DNA of 64,000 bases, taken from assembly GCA_964016885.1 (NCBI GenBank), contig OZ024743.1:140430001-140494000 (forward strand), read 5' to 3'. The position numbers were made by a program, and so were the translations under genes. The number at the start of each line of letters is the position of its first letter. The first letter of the stretch is position 1. Under the pieces are notes generated by a model. That model was not told where the DNA came from, did no database searches, and worked only from the letters and a program-made list of their open reading frames with translations. This stretch comes from Eledone cirrhosa. Its lineage: Eukaryota. Below are positions 34,101 to 46,129 of the stretch, one piece after another.

Positions 34101-37100
34101 GTGCTTGGTGCTTGGTGTTTGGTGCTTGGTGCTTGGTGTTTGGTGCTTGGTGCTTGGTGTTTGGTGCTTGGTGTTTGGTGCTTGGTGTTTGGTGCTTGGT
34201 GCTTGGTGCTTGGGGCTTGGTGTTTGGTGGTTGGTGCTTGGTGCTTGGTGTTAGATGTTTGGTGCTTGGTGCTTGGTGTCTGGTTTTTGGTGCTTGGTGC
34301 TTGGTGTTTGGTGCTTGTTGCTGGCTGCTTGGTGTTTGGTGCTTGGTGATTGGTGCTTGGTGTTTGGTGCTTGGTGTTTGGTGTTTGGTGCTTGGTGTTT
34401 GTACTTGGTGTTTGGTGCTTGGTGTTTGGTGCTAGGTGCTTGGTGTTTGGTGCTTGGTGCTTGGTGTTTGGTGCCTGGTGCTTGGTGTTTGGTGTTTGGT
34501 GTTTGGTGCTTGGTGCTTGGTGTTTGGTGTTTGCTGTTTGCTGTTTGATGTTTGTTGTTTGGTGTTTGTTGTTTGGTGTTTGCTGTTTGGTGTTTGGTGT
34601 TTGCTTTTTGGTGTTTGGTGTTTGATGTATGTTGTTTGCTGTTTGGTGTTTGGTGTTTGGTGTTTGGTGCTTGGTGCTTGGTGTTTGGTGCTTGGTGCTT
34701 GGTGTTTGGTGCCTGGTGCTTGGTGTTTGGTGTTTGGTGCTTGGTGCTTGGAGTTTGGTGTTTGGTGCTTGGTGCTTGGTGTTTCGTGTTTCGTGTTTGG
34801 TGCTTGGTGCTTGGTGCTTGGTCGTTGGTGTTTGGTGCTGGGTGCATTGTGTTTGGGGCTTGGTGCTTGGTGCTTGGTGCTTGGTGTTTGGTGTTTGCTG
34901 CTTGGTGTTTGATGCTTGGTGCTTGGTGCTTGGTGTTTTGTGTTTGGTGCTTGGTGCTTGGTGCTTGGTGTTTGGTGCTTGGTGCTTGGTGCTTGGTGTT
35001 TTGTGTTTGGTGCTTGGTGCTTGGTGTTTGGTGCTTGGTGCTGGGTGGTTGGTGTTTGGTGCTTGGTGTTTGGTGCTGGGTGCTTGGTGTTTGGTGCTGG
35101 GTGCTTGGTGTTTGGTGCTTGGTGCTTGGTGTTTGGTGCTTGGTGCTGGGTGGTTGGTGTTTGGTGCTTGGTGTTTGGTGCTGGGTGCTTGGTGTTTGGT
35201 GCTGGGTGCTTGGTGTTTGGTGCTTGGTGCTTGGTCTTTGGTGCTTGGTGTTTGGTGCTTGGTGTTTGGTGCTTGGTGTTTGGTGCTTGGTGCTTGGGGT
35301 TTGGTTTTTGGTGCTTGGTGCTTGGTGTTTGGTGTTTGGTGCTTGCTGCTGGCTGCTTGGTGTTTGATGCATGGTGATTGGTGCTTGGTGTTTGGTGCTT
35401 GGTGTTTGGTGCTAGGTGCTTGGTGTTTGGTGCTTGGTGCTTGGTGTTTGGTGCCTGGTGCTTGGTGTTTGGTGTTTGGTGTTTGGTGCTTGGTGCTTGG
35501 TGTTTGGTGTTTGCTGTTTGCTGTTTGTTGTTTGGTGTTTGCTCTTTGGTGTTTGGTGTTTGCTTTTTGGTGCTTGGTGTTCGGTGCTTGGTGCTTGGTG
35601 TTTGGTGCTTGGTGTTCGGTGCTTGGTGCTTGGTGTTTGGTGCCTGGTGCTTGGTGTTTGGTGCTTGGTGTTTGGTGTTTGGTGCTTGGTGCTTGGAGTT
35701 TGGTGTTTGGTGCTTGGTGCTTGGTGTTTCGTGTTTCGTGTTTGGTTTTTGGTGCTTGGTGCTTGGTGCTTGGTCCTTGGTGTTTGGTGTTTGCTGCTTG
35801 GTGTTTGATGCTTGGTGCTTGGTGCTTGGTGTTTTGTGTTTGGTGCTTGGTGGTTGGTGTTTGGTGCTTGGTGCTTGGTGCTTGGTGTTTGTACTTGGTG
35901 ATTGGTGTTTGGTTCTTGGTTCTTGGTGTTTGGTGTTTGGCGTTTGGTGTTTGGTGCTTGGTGCTTGGTGTTTGGTGCTTGGTGCTTGGTGTTTGGTGCC
36001 TGGTGCTTGGTGCTTGGTGTTTGCTGCTTGGTGTTTGATGCTTGGTGCTTGGTGCTTGGTGTTTTGTGTTTGGTGCTTGGTTCTTGGTGTTTGGTGCTTG
36101 GTGCTTGGTGTTTGGTGCCTGGTGCTTGGTGCTTGGTGTTTGGTGTTTGGTGCTTGGTGCTTTGTGTTTTGTGTTTGGTGTTTGGTTTTTGGTGCTTGGT
36201 GCTTGGTCCTTGGTGTTTGGTGCTGGGTGCTTTGTGTTTGGTGCTTGGTGCTTGGTGTTTGGTGTTTGCTGCTTGGTGTTTGATGCTTGGTGCTTGGTGC
36301 TTGGTGTTTTGTGTTTGGTGCTTGGTTCTTGGTGTTTGGTGCTTGGTGCTTGGTACTTGGTGTTTGTACTTGGTGCTTGGTGCTTGGTGTTTGGTTCTTG
36401 GTTCTTGGTGTTTGGTACTTGGTGCTTCGTGCTTGATGTTTGGTGTTTGGTGCTTGGTGTTTGGTGCTTGGTGCTTGGTGCTTGGTGTTAGGTGTTTGGT
36501 GCTTGGTCCTTGTTGTTTGGTGCTTGGTGTTTGGTGTTTGCTGTTTGGTGTTTGGTGTTTGGTGTTTGGTGTTTGCTGTTTGATGTCTGCTTTTTGGTGT
36601 TCAGTGTTTGCTGTATGGTGTTTGGTGTTTGCTGTTTGGTGTTTGGTCTTTGGTCCTTGGTGTTTGGTGCTTGGTGCTTGGTGTTTGGTGTTTGGTGCTT
36701 GGTGCTTGGTGTTTGGTGTTTGGTGCTTGGTGTTTGGTGTTTGGTGCTTGGTGTCTGGTGCTTGGTGTTTGGTTTTTGGTGCTTGGTGTTTGGTGTTTGG
36801 TGTTTGGTGTTTGGTGCTTGGTGCTTGGTGTTTGGTGTTTGGTGCTTGGTGTCTGGTGCTTGGTGTTTGGTGTTTGGTGCTTGGTGTTTGGTGTTTGGTG
36901 TTTGGTGCTTGGTGCTTGGTGCTTGGTGTTTGGTGTTTGGTGCTTGGTGTTTGGTGCTTGGTGCTGGGTGGTTGGTGTTTGGTGCTTGGTGTTTGGTGCT
37001 GGGTGCTTGGTGTTTGGTGCTGGGTGCTTGGTGTTTGGTGCTTGGTGCTTGGTCTTTGGTGCTTGGTGTTTGGTGCTTGGTGCTTGGTGCTTGGCGTTTG

Positions 37101-39654
37101 GTGGTTGGTGCTTGGTGTTTGGTGCTTGGTGCTTGGTGTTTGGTTTTTGGTGCTTGGTGCTTGGTGTTTGGTGTTTGGTGCTTGCTGCTGGCTGCTTGGT
37201 GTTTGATGCATGGTGATTGGTGCTTGGTGTTGGTGCTTGGTGTTTGGTGTTTGATGCTTGGTGCTTGGTGCTTGGTGTTTGGTGCTTGGTGCTTGGTGTT
37301 TGGTGCTTGGTGCTTGGTGTTTGGTGCTTGGTGTTTGGTGCTTGGTGCTTGGTGCTTTGTGCTTGGTGTTTGGTGGTTGGTGCTTGGTGCTTGGTGTTAG
37401 GTGTTTGGTGCTTGGTGCTTGGTGTTTGGTGTTTGGTGCTTGGTGTTTGGTGTTTGGTGCTTGGTGTTTGGTGCTTGGTACTTGGTGCTTGGTGCTTGGT
37501 GTTAGGTGTTTGGTGCTTGGTGCTTGGTGTCTGGTTTTTGGTGCTTGGTGCTTGGTGTTTGGTGTTTGGTGCTTGCTGCTGGCTGCTTGGTGTTTGGTGC
37601 TTGGTGATTGGTGCTTGGTGTTTGGTGTTTGGTGTTTGGAGTTTGGTGCTTGGTGATTGGTGTTTGTACTTGGTGCTTGGTGCTTGGTTCTTGGTGTTTG
37701 GTGCTTGGTGCTTGGTGTTTGGTGTTATATGCTTGGTGTTTGATGCTTGGTGCTTGGTGCTTGGTGCTTGGTGTTTGGTGTTTGGTGTTTGATGCTTGGT
37801 GCTTGGTGTTTGGTGCTTGGTGCTTGGTGTTTGTACTTGGTGCTTGGTGCTTGGTGCTTGGTGTTTGGTGCTTGGTGCTTGGTGCTTGGTCCTTGGTGCT
37901 TGGTGTTTGGTGGTTGGTGTTTGGTGCTTGGTGTTAGGTGCCTGGTGCTTGGTGCTTGGTGTTTGGTGTTTGGTGCTTGGTGTTTGATGTTTGGTGCTTG
38001 GTATTTGGTGCTTGGTAGTTGGTGCTTGGTGCTTGGTGTTAGGTGTTTGGTGCTTGGTGTTTGGTGCTTGGTGTTTGGTGCTTGGTGTTTGGTGGTTGGT
38101 GTTTGGTGCTTGGTGTTTGGTGCTTGGTGTTAGGTGCTTGGTGATTGGTGCTTGGTGTTTGGTGTTTGGTGCTTGGTGTTTGGTGTTTGGTGCTTGGTGT
38201 TTGGTGCTTTTTGCTTGGTGCTTGGTGCTTGGTGTTTGGTGCTGGGTGCTTGGTGCTTGGTGTTTCGTGTTATATGCTTGGTGTTTGATGCTTGGTGCTT
38301 GGTGCTTGGTGTTTGGTGTTTGGTGCTTGGTGTTTGATGCTTGGTGCTTGGTGCTTGGTGTTTGGTGCTTGGTGCTTGGTGTTTGGTGCTTGGTGCTTGG
38401 TGTTTGGTGCTTGGTGTTTGGTGCTTGGTGTTTGGTGCTTGGTGCTTGGTGCTTGGGGCTTGGTGTTTGGTGGTTGGTGCTTGGTGCTTGGTGTTAGATG
38501 TTTGGTGCTTGGTGCTTGGTGTCTGGTTTTTGGTGCTTGGTGCTTGGTGTTTGGTGCTTGTTGCTGGCTGCTTGGTGTTTGGTGCTTGGTGATTGGTGCT
38601 TGGTGTTTGGTGCTTGGTGTTTGGTGTTTGGTGCTTGGTGTTTGTACTTGGTGTTTGGTGCTTGGTGTTTGGTGCTAGGTGCTTGGTGTTTGGTGCTTGG
38701 TGCTTGGTGTTTGGTGCCTGGTGCTTGGTGTTTGGTGTTTGGTGTTTGGTGCTTGGTGCTTGGTGTTTGGTGTTTGCTGTTTGCTGTTTGGTGTTTGTTG
38801 TTTGGTGTTTGTTGTTTGGTGTTTGCTGTTTGGTGTTTGGTGTTTGCTTTTTGGTGTTTGGTGTTTGATGTATGTTGTTTGCTGTTTGGTGTTTGGTGTT
38901 TGGTGTTTGGTGCTTGGTGCTTGGTGTTTGGTGCTTGGTGCTTGGTGTTTGGTGCCTGGTGCTTGGTGTTTGGTGTTTGGTGCTTGGTGCTTGGAGTTTG
39001 GTGTTTGGTGCTTGGTGCTTGGTGTTTCGTGTTTCGTGTTTGGTGCTTGGTGCTTGGTGCTTGGTCGTTGGTGTTTGGTGCTGGGTGCATTGTGTTTGGG
39101 GCTTGGTGCTTGGTGCTTGGTGCTTGGTGTTTGGTGTTTGCTGCTTGGTGTTTGATGCTTGGTGCTTGGTGCTTGGTGTTTTGTGTTTGGTGCTTGGTGC
39201 TTGGTGCTTGGTGTTTGGTGCTTGGTGCTTGGTGCTTGGTGTTTTGTGTTTGGTGCTTGGTGCTTGGTGTTTGGTGCTTGGTGCTGGGTGGTTGGTGTTT
39301 GGTGCTTGGTGTTTGGTGCTGGGTGCTTGGTGTTTGGTGCTGGGTGCTTGGTGTTTGGTGCTTGGTGCTTGGTGTTTGGTGCTTGGTGCTGGGTGGTTGG
39401 TGTTTGGTGCTTGGTGTTTGGTGCTGGGTGCTTGGTGTTTGGTGCTGGGTGCTTGGTGTTTGGTGCTTGGTGCTTGGTCTTTGGTGCTTGGTGTTTGGTG
39501 CTTGGTGTTTGGTGCTTGGTGTTTGGTGCTTGGTGCTTGGGGTTTGGTTTTTGGTGCTTGGTGCTTGGTGTTTGGTGTTTGGTGCTTGCTGCTGGCTGCT
39601 TGGTGTTTGATGCATGGTGATTGGTGCTTGGTGTTTGGTGCTTGGTGTTTGGTG
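31159..39654 (+). repeat. Near-perfect tandem duplication, period 4243 bp (2 copies)
   Basis: ORF pairs 31169/35412, 31659/35902, 32249/36492, 33891/38134 and 34251/38494 are all offset by 4243. Only about six substitutions were visible by eye. 4243 = 607x7 - 6, with six hexamers per copy. Confidence 0.96.
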
Positions 39655-41450
39655 TTTGATGCTTGGTGCTTGGTGCTTGGTGTTTGGTGCTTGGTGCTTG
39701 GTGTTTGGTGCTTGGTGCTTGGTGTTTGGTGTTTGGTGTTTGGTGCTTGGTATTTGGTGCTTGGTACTTGGTGCTTGGTGCTTGGTGTTAGGTGTTTGGT
39801 GCTTGGTGTTTGGTGCTTGGTGTTTGGTGCTTGGTGCTTGGTGCTTGGTGCTTGGTGTTTGGTGGTTGGTGTTTGGTGCTTGGTGTTTGGTGCTTGGTGT
39901 TAGGTGCTTGGTGATTGGTGCTTGGTGTTTGGTGTTTGGTGCTTGGTGTTTGGTATTTGGTGCTTGGTGTTTGGTGCTTTTTGCTTGGTGCTTGGTGCTT
40001 GGTGTTTGGTGCTGGGTGCTTGGTGCTTGGTGTTTGGTGTTATATGCTTGGTGTTTGATGCTTGGTGCTTGGTGCTTGGTGTTTGGTGTTTGGTGCTTGG
40101 TGTTTGATGCTTGGTGCTTGGTGCTTGGTGTTTGGTGCTTGGTGCTTGGTGTTTGGTGCTTGGTGCTTGGTGTTTGGTGCTTGGTGTTTGGTGCTTGGTG
40201 TTTGGTGCTTGGTGCTTGGTGCTTGGGGCTTGGTGTTTGGTGGTTGGTGCTTGGTGCTTGGTGTTAGATGTTTGGTGCTTGGTGCTTGGTGTCTGGTTTT
40301 TGGTGTTTGGTGCTTGGTGTTTGGTGCTTGTTGCTGGCTGCTTGGTGTTTGGTGCTTGGTGATTGGTGCTTGGTGTTTGGTGCTTGGTGTTTGGTGTTTG
40401 GTGCTTGGTGTTTGTACTTGGTGTTTGGTGCTTGGTGTTTGGTGCTAGGTGCTTGGTGTTTGGTGCTTGGTGCTTGGTGTTTGGTGCCTGGTGCTTGGTG
40501 TTTGGTGTTTGGTGTTTGGTGCTTGGTGCTTGGTGTTTGGTGTTTGCTGTTTGCTGTTTGGTGTTTGTTGTTTGGTGTTTGTTGTTTGGTGTTTGCTGTT
40601 TGGTGTTTGGTGTTTGCTTTTTGGTGTTTGGTGTTTGATGTATGTTGTTTGCTGTTTGGTGTTTGGTGTTTGGTGTTTGGTGCTTGGTGCTTGGTGTTTG
40701 GTGCTTGGTGCTTGGTGTTTGGTGCCTGGTGCTTGGTGTTTGGTGTTTGGTGGTTGGTGCTTGGAGTTTGGTGTTTGGTGCTTGGTGCTTGGTGTTTCGT
40801 GTTTCGTGTTTGGTGCTTGGTGCTTGGTGCTTGGTCCTTGGTGTTTGGTGCTGGGTGCATTGTGTTTGGTGCTTGGTGCTTGGTGCTTGGTGCTTGGTGT
40901 TTGGTGTTTGCTGCTTGGTGTTTGATGCTTGGTGCTTGGTGCTTGGTGTTTTGTGTTTGGTGCTTGGTGCTTGGTGCTTGGTGTTTGGTGCTTGGTGCTT
41001 GGTGCTTGGTGTTTTGTGTTTGGTGCTTGGTGCTTGGTGTTTGGTGCTTGGTGCTGGGTGGTTGGTGTTTGGTGCTTGGTGTTTGGTGCTGGGTGCTTGG
41101 TGTTTGGTGCTGGGTGCTTGGTGTTTGGTGCTTGGTGCTTGGTGTTTGGTGCTTGGTGCTGGGTGGTTGGTGTTTGGTGCTTGGTGTTTGGTGCTGGGTG
41201 CTTGGTGTTTGGTGCTGGGTGCTTGGTGTTTGGTGCTTGGTGCTTGGTCTTTGGTGCTTGGTGTTTGGTGCTTGGTGTTTGGTGCTTGGTGTTTGGTGCT
41301 TGGTGCTTGGTGTTTGGTGCTTGGTGCTTGGGGTTTGGTTTTTGGTGCTTGGTGCTTGGTGTTTGGTGTTTGGTGCTTGCTGCTGGCTGCTTGGTGTTTG
41401 ATGCATGGTGATTGGTGCTTGGTGTTTGGTGCTTGGTGTTTGGTGTTTGA
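37990..41450 (+). repeat. Tandem duplication, period about 1770 bp (1749-1791 through 21-bp indels)
   Basis: ORF pairs 38134/39904, 38292/40062, 38494/40264 and 38593/40363 are offset by 1770 = 253x7 - 1. Shared marker TAGATGT at about 38495 and 40265. Confidence 0.9.
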
Positions 41451-44400
41451 TGCTTGGTGCTTGGTGCTTGGTGTTTGGTGCTTGGTGCTTGGTGTTTGGT
41501 GCTTGGTGCTTGGTGTTTGGTGCTTGGTGTATGGTGCTTGGTGTTTGGTGCTTGGTGCTTGGTGCTTGGTGCTTGGTGTTTGGTGGTTGGTGCTTGGTGC
41601 TTGGTGTTAGGTGTTTGGTGCTTGGTGCTTGGTGTTTGGTGTTTGGTGCTTGGTGTTTGGTGTTTGGTGCTTGGTGTTTGGTGCTTGGTACTTGGTGCTT
41701 GGTGCTTGGTGTTAGGTGTTTGGTGCTTGGTGCTTGGTGTCTGGTTTTTGGTGCTTGGTGCTTGGTGTTTGGTGTTTGGTGCTTGCTGCTGGCTGCTTGG
41801 TGTTTGGTGCTTGGTGATTGGTGCTTGGTGTTTGGTGCTTGGTGTTTGGTGTTTGGTGCTTGGTGATTGGTGTTTGTACTTGGTGCTTCGTACTTGGTTC
41901 TTGGTGTTTGGTGCTTGGTGCTTGGTGTTTGGTGTTATATGCTTGGTGTTTGATGCTTGGTGCTTGGTGCTTGGTGTTTGGTGTTTGGTGTTTGATGCTT
42001 GGTGCTTGGTGTTTGGTGCTTGGTGCTTGGTGTTTGTACTTGGTGCTTGGTGCTTGGTGCTTGGTGTTTGGTGCTTGGTGCTTGGAGCTTGGTGCTTGGT
42101 CCTTGGTGCTTGGTGTTTGGTGGTTGGTGTTTGGTGCTTGGTGTTAGGTGTTTGGTGCTTGGTGCTTGGTGTTTGGTGTTTGGTGCTTGGTGTTTGGTGT
42201 TTGGTGCTTGGTGTTTGGTGCTTGGTACTTGGTGCTTGGTGCTTGGTGTTAGGTGTTTGGTGCTTGGTGTTTGGTGCTTGGTGTTTGGTGGTTGGTGTTT
42301 GGTGCTTGGTGCTTGGTGCTTGGTGCTTGGTGTTTGGTGGTTGGTGTTTGGTGCTTGGTGTTTGGAGCTTGGTGTTTGGTGTTTGGTGCTTGGTGTTTGG
42401 TGTTTGGTGCTTGGTGTTTGTTGCTTTTTGCTTGGTGCTTGGTGCTTGGTGTTTGGTGCTGGGTGCTTGGTGCTTGGTGTTTGGTGTTATATGCTTGGTG
42501 TTTGATGCTTGGTGCTTGGTGCTTGGTGTTTGGTGTTTGGTGCTTGGTGTTTGATGCTTGGTGCTTGGTGCTTGGTGTTTGGTGCTTGGTGCTTGGTGTT
42601 TGGTGCTTGGTGCTTGGTGTTTGGTGCTTGGTGTTTGGTGCTTGGTGCTTGGTGTTTGGTGGTTGGTGCTTGGTGCTTGGTGTTAGGTGTTTGGTGCTTG
42701 GTGCTTGGTGTCTGGTTTTTGGTGCTTGGTGCTTGGTGTTTGGTGCTTGTTGCTGGCTGCTTGGTGTTTGGTGCTTGGTGATTGGTGCTTGGTGTTTGGT
42801 GCTTGGTGTTTGGTGTTTGGTGCTTGGTGTTTGTACTTGGTGTTTGGTGCTTGGTGTTTGGTGCTAGGTGCTTGGTGTTTGGTGCTTGGTGCTTGGTGTT
42901 TGGTGCCTGGTGCTTGGTGTTTGGTGTTTGGTGTTTGGTGCTTGGTGCTTGGTGTTTGGTGCCTGGTGCTTGGTGTTTGGTGTTTGGTGCTTGGTGCTTG
43001 GAGTTTGGTGTTTGGTGCTTGGTGCTTGGTGTTTCGTGTTTCGTGTTTGGTGCTTGGTGCTTGGTGCTTGGTCCTTGGTGTTTGGTGCTGGGTGCATTGT
43101 GTTTGGTGCTTGGTGCTTGGTGCTTGGTGCTTGGTGTTTGGTGTTTGCTGCTTGGTGTTTGATGCTTGGTGCTTGGTGCTTGGTGTTTTGTGTTTGGTGC
43201 TTGGTGCTTGGTGCTTGGTGTTTGGTGCTTGGTGCTTGGTGCTTGGTGTTTTGTGTTTGGTGCTTGGTGCTTGGTGTTTGGTGCTTGGTGCTGGGTGGTT
43301 GGTGTTTGGTGCTTGGTGTTTGGTGCTGGGTGCTTGGTGTTTGGTGCTGGGTGCTTGGTGTTTGGTGCTTGGTGCTTGGTGTTTGGTGCTTGGTGCTGGG
43401 TGGTTGGTGTTTGGTGCTTGGTGTTTGGTGCTGGGTGCTTGGTGTTTGGTGCTGGGTGCTTGGTGTTTGGTGCTTGGTGCTTGGTCTTTGGTGCTTGGTG
43501 TTTGGTGCTTGGTGTTTGGTGCTTGGTGTTTGGTGCTTGGTGCTTGGTGTTTGGTGCTTGGTGCTTGGGGTTTGGTTTTTGGTGCTTGGTGCTTGGTGTT
43601 TGGTGTTTGGTGCTTGCTGCTGGCTGCTTGGTGTTTGATGCATGGTGATTGGTGCTTGGTGTTTGGTGCTTGGTGTTTGGTGTTTGATGCTTGGTGCTTG
43701 GTGCTTGGTGTTTGGTGCTTGGTGCTTGGTGTTTGGTGCTTGGTGCTTGGTGTTTGGTGCTTGGTGTATGGTGCTTGGTGTTTGGTGCTTGGTGCTTGGT
43801 GCTTGGTGCTTGGTGTTTGGTGGTTGGTGCTTGGTGCTTGGTGTTAGGTGTTTGGTGCTTGGTGCTTGGTGTTTGGTGTTTGGTGCTTGGTGTTTGGTGT
43901 TTGGTGCTTGGTGTTTGGTGCTTGGTACTTGGTGCTTGGTGCTTGGTGTTAGGTGTTTGGTGCTTGGTGCTTGGTGTCTGGTTTTTGGTGCTTGGTGCTT
44001 GGTGTTTGGTGTATGGTGCTTGCTGCTGGCTGCTTGGTGTTTGGTGCTTGGTGATTGGTGCTTGGTGTTTGGTGCTTGGTGTTTGGTGTTTGGTGCTTGG
44101 TGATTGGTGTTTGTACTTGGTGCTTCGTACTTGGTTCTTGGTGTTTGGTGCTTGGTGCTTGGTGTTTGGTGTTATATGCTTGGTGTTTGATGCTTGGTGC
44201 TTGGTGCTTGGTGTTTGGTGTTTGGTGTTTGATGCTTGGTGCTTGGTGTTTGGTGCTTGGTGCTTGGTGTTTGTACTTGGTGCTTGGTGCTTGGTGCTTG
44301 GTGTTTGGTGCTTGGTGCTTGGAGCTTGGTGCTTGGTCCTTGGTGCTTGGTGTTTGGTGGTTGGTGTTTGGTGCTTGGTGTTAGGTGTTTGGTGCTTGGT

Positions 44401-45170
44401 GCTTGGTGTTTGGTGTTTGGTGCTTGGTGTTTGGTGTTTGGTGCTTGGTGTTTGGTGCTTGGTACTTGGTGCTTGGTGCTTGGTGTTAGGTGTTTGGTGC
44501 TTGGTGTTTGGTGCTTGGTGTTTGGTGCTTGGTGCTTGGTGCTTGGTGCTTGGTGTTTGGTGGTTGGTGTTTGGTGCTTGGTGTTTGGAGCTTGGTGTTT
44601 GGTGTTTGGTGCTTGGTGTTTGGTGTTTGGTGCTTGGTGTTTGTTGCTTTTTGCTTGGTGCTTGGTGCTTGGTGTTTGGTGCTGGGTGCTTGGTGCTTGG
44701 TGTTTGGTGTTATATGCTTGGTGTTTGATGCTTGGTGCTTGGTGCTTGGTGTTTGGTGTTTGGTGCTTGGTGTTTGATGCTTGGTGCTTGGTGCTTGGTG
44801 TTTGGTGCTTGGTGCTTGGTGTTTGGTGCTTGGTGCTTGGTGTTTGGTGCTTGGTGTTTGGTGCTTGGTGCTTGGTGTTTGGTGGTTGGTGCTTGGTGCT
44901 TGGTGTTAGGTGTTTGGTGCTTGGTGCTTGGTGTCTGGTTTTTGGTGCTTGGTGCTTGGTGTTTGGTGCTTGTTGCTGGCTGCTTGGTGTTTGGTGCTTG
45001 GTGATTGGTGCTTGGTGTTTGGTGCTTGGTGTTTGGTGTTTGGTGCTTGGTGTTTGTACTTGGTGTTTGGTGCTTGGTGTTTGGTGCTAGGTGCTTGGTG
45101 TTTGGTGCTTGGTGCTTGGTGTTTGGTGCCTGGTGCTTGGTGTTTGGTGTTTGGTGTTTGGTGCTTGGTG
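40700..45170 (+). repeat. Tandem duplication, period 2237 bp (2223 distally)
   Basis: ORF pairs 40929/43166, 41405/43642 and 41818/44055 are offset by 2237 = 320x7 - 3; 42509/44732 is offset by 2223. Private markers TTCGTAC (about 41887/44124) and TGTATGG (about 41528/43765). Confidence 0.92.
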
Positions 45171-46129
45171 CTTGGTGTTTGGTGTTTGCTGTTTGCTGTT
45201 TGGTGTTTGTTGTTTGGTGTTTGTTGTTTGGTGTTTGCTGTTTGGTGTTTGGTATTTGCTTTTTGGTGTTTGGTGTTTGATGTATGTTGTTTGCTGTTTG
45301 GTGTTTGGTGTTTGGTGTTTGGTGCTTGGTGCTTGGTGTTTGGTGCTTGGTGCTTGGTGTTTAGTGCCTGGTGCTTGGTGCATGGTGCTTGGTGTTTGGT
45401 GTTTGGTGCTTGGTGCTTGGAGTTTGGTGTTTGGTGCTTGGTGCTTGGTGTTTCGTGTTTCGTGTTTGGTTTTTGGTGCTTGGTGCTTGGTGCTTGGTCC
45501 TTGGTGTTTGGTGCTGGGTGCATTGTGTTTGGTGCTTGGCGCTTGGTGCTTGGTGCTTGGTGTTTGGTGTTTGGTGCTTGGTGTTTGATGCTTGGTGCTT
45601 GGTGCTTGGTGTTTTGCGCTTGGTGCTTGGTGCTTGGTGTTTGTACTTGGTGCTTGGTGATTGGTGTTTGGTTCTTGGTTCTTGGTGTTTGGTGTTTAGC
45701 GTTTGGTGTTTGGTGCTTGGTGCTTGGTGTTTGGTGCTTGGTGCTTGGTGTTTGGTGCCTGGTGCTTGGTGCTTGGTGTTTGGTGTTTGGTGCTTGGTGC
45801 TTGGTGCTTGGAGTTTGGTGTTTGGTGCTTGGTGCTTTGTGTTTTGTGTTTGGTGTTTGGTTTTTGGTGCTTGGTGCTTGGTCCTTGGTGTTTGGTGCTG
45901 GGTGCTTTGTGTTTGGTGCTTGGTGCTTGGTGTTTGGTGTTTGCTGCTTGGTGTTTGATGCTTGGTGCTTGGTGCTTGGTGTTTTGTGTTTGGTGCTTGG
46001 TTCTTGGTGTTTGGTGCTTGGTGCTTGGTACTTGGTGTTTGTACTTGGTGCTTGGTGCTTGGTGTTTGGTTCTTGGTTCTTGGTGTTTGGTACTTGGTGC
46101 TTGGTGCTTGATGTTTGGTGTTTGGTGCT

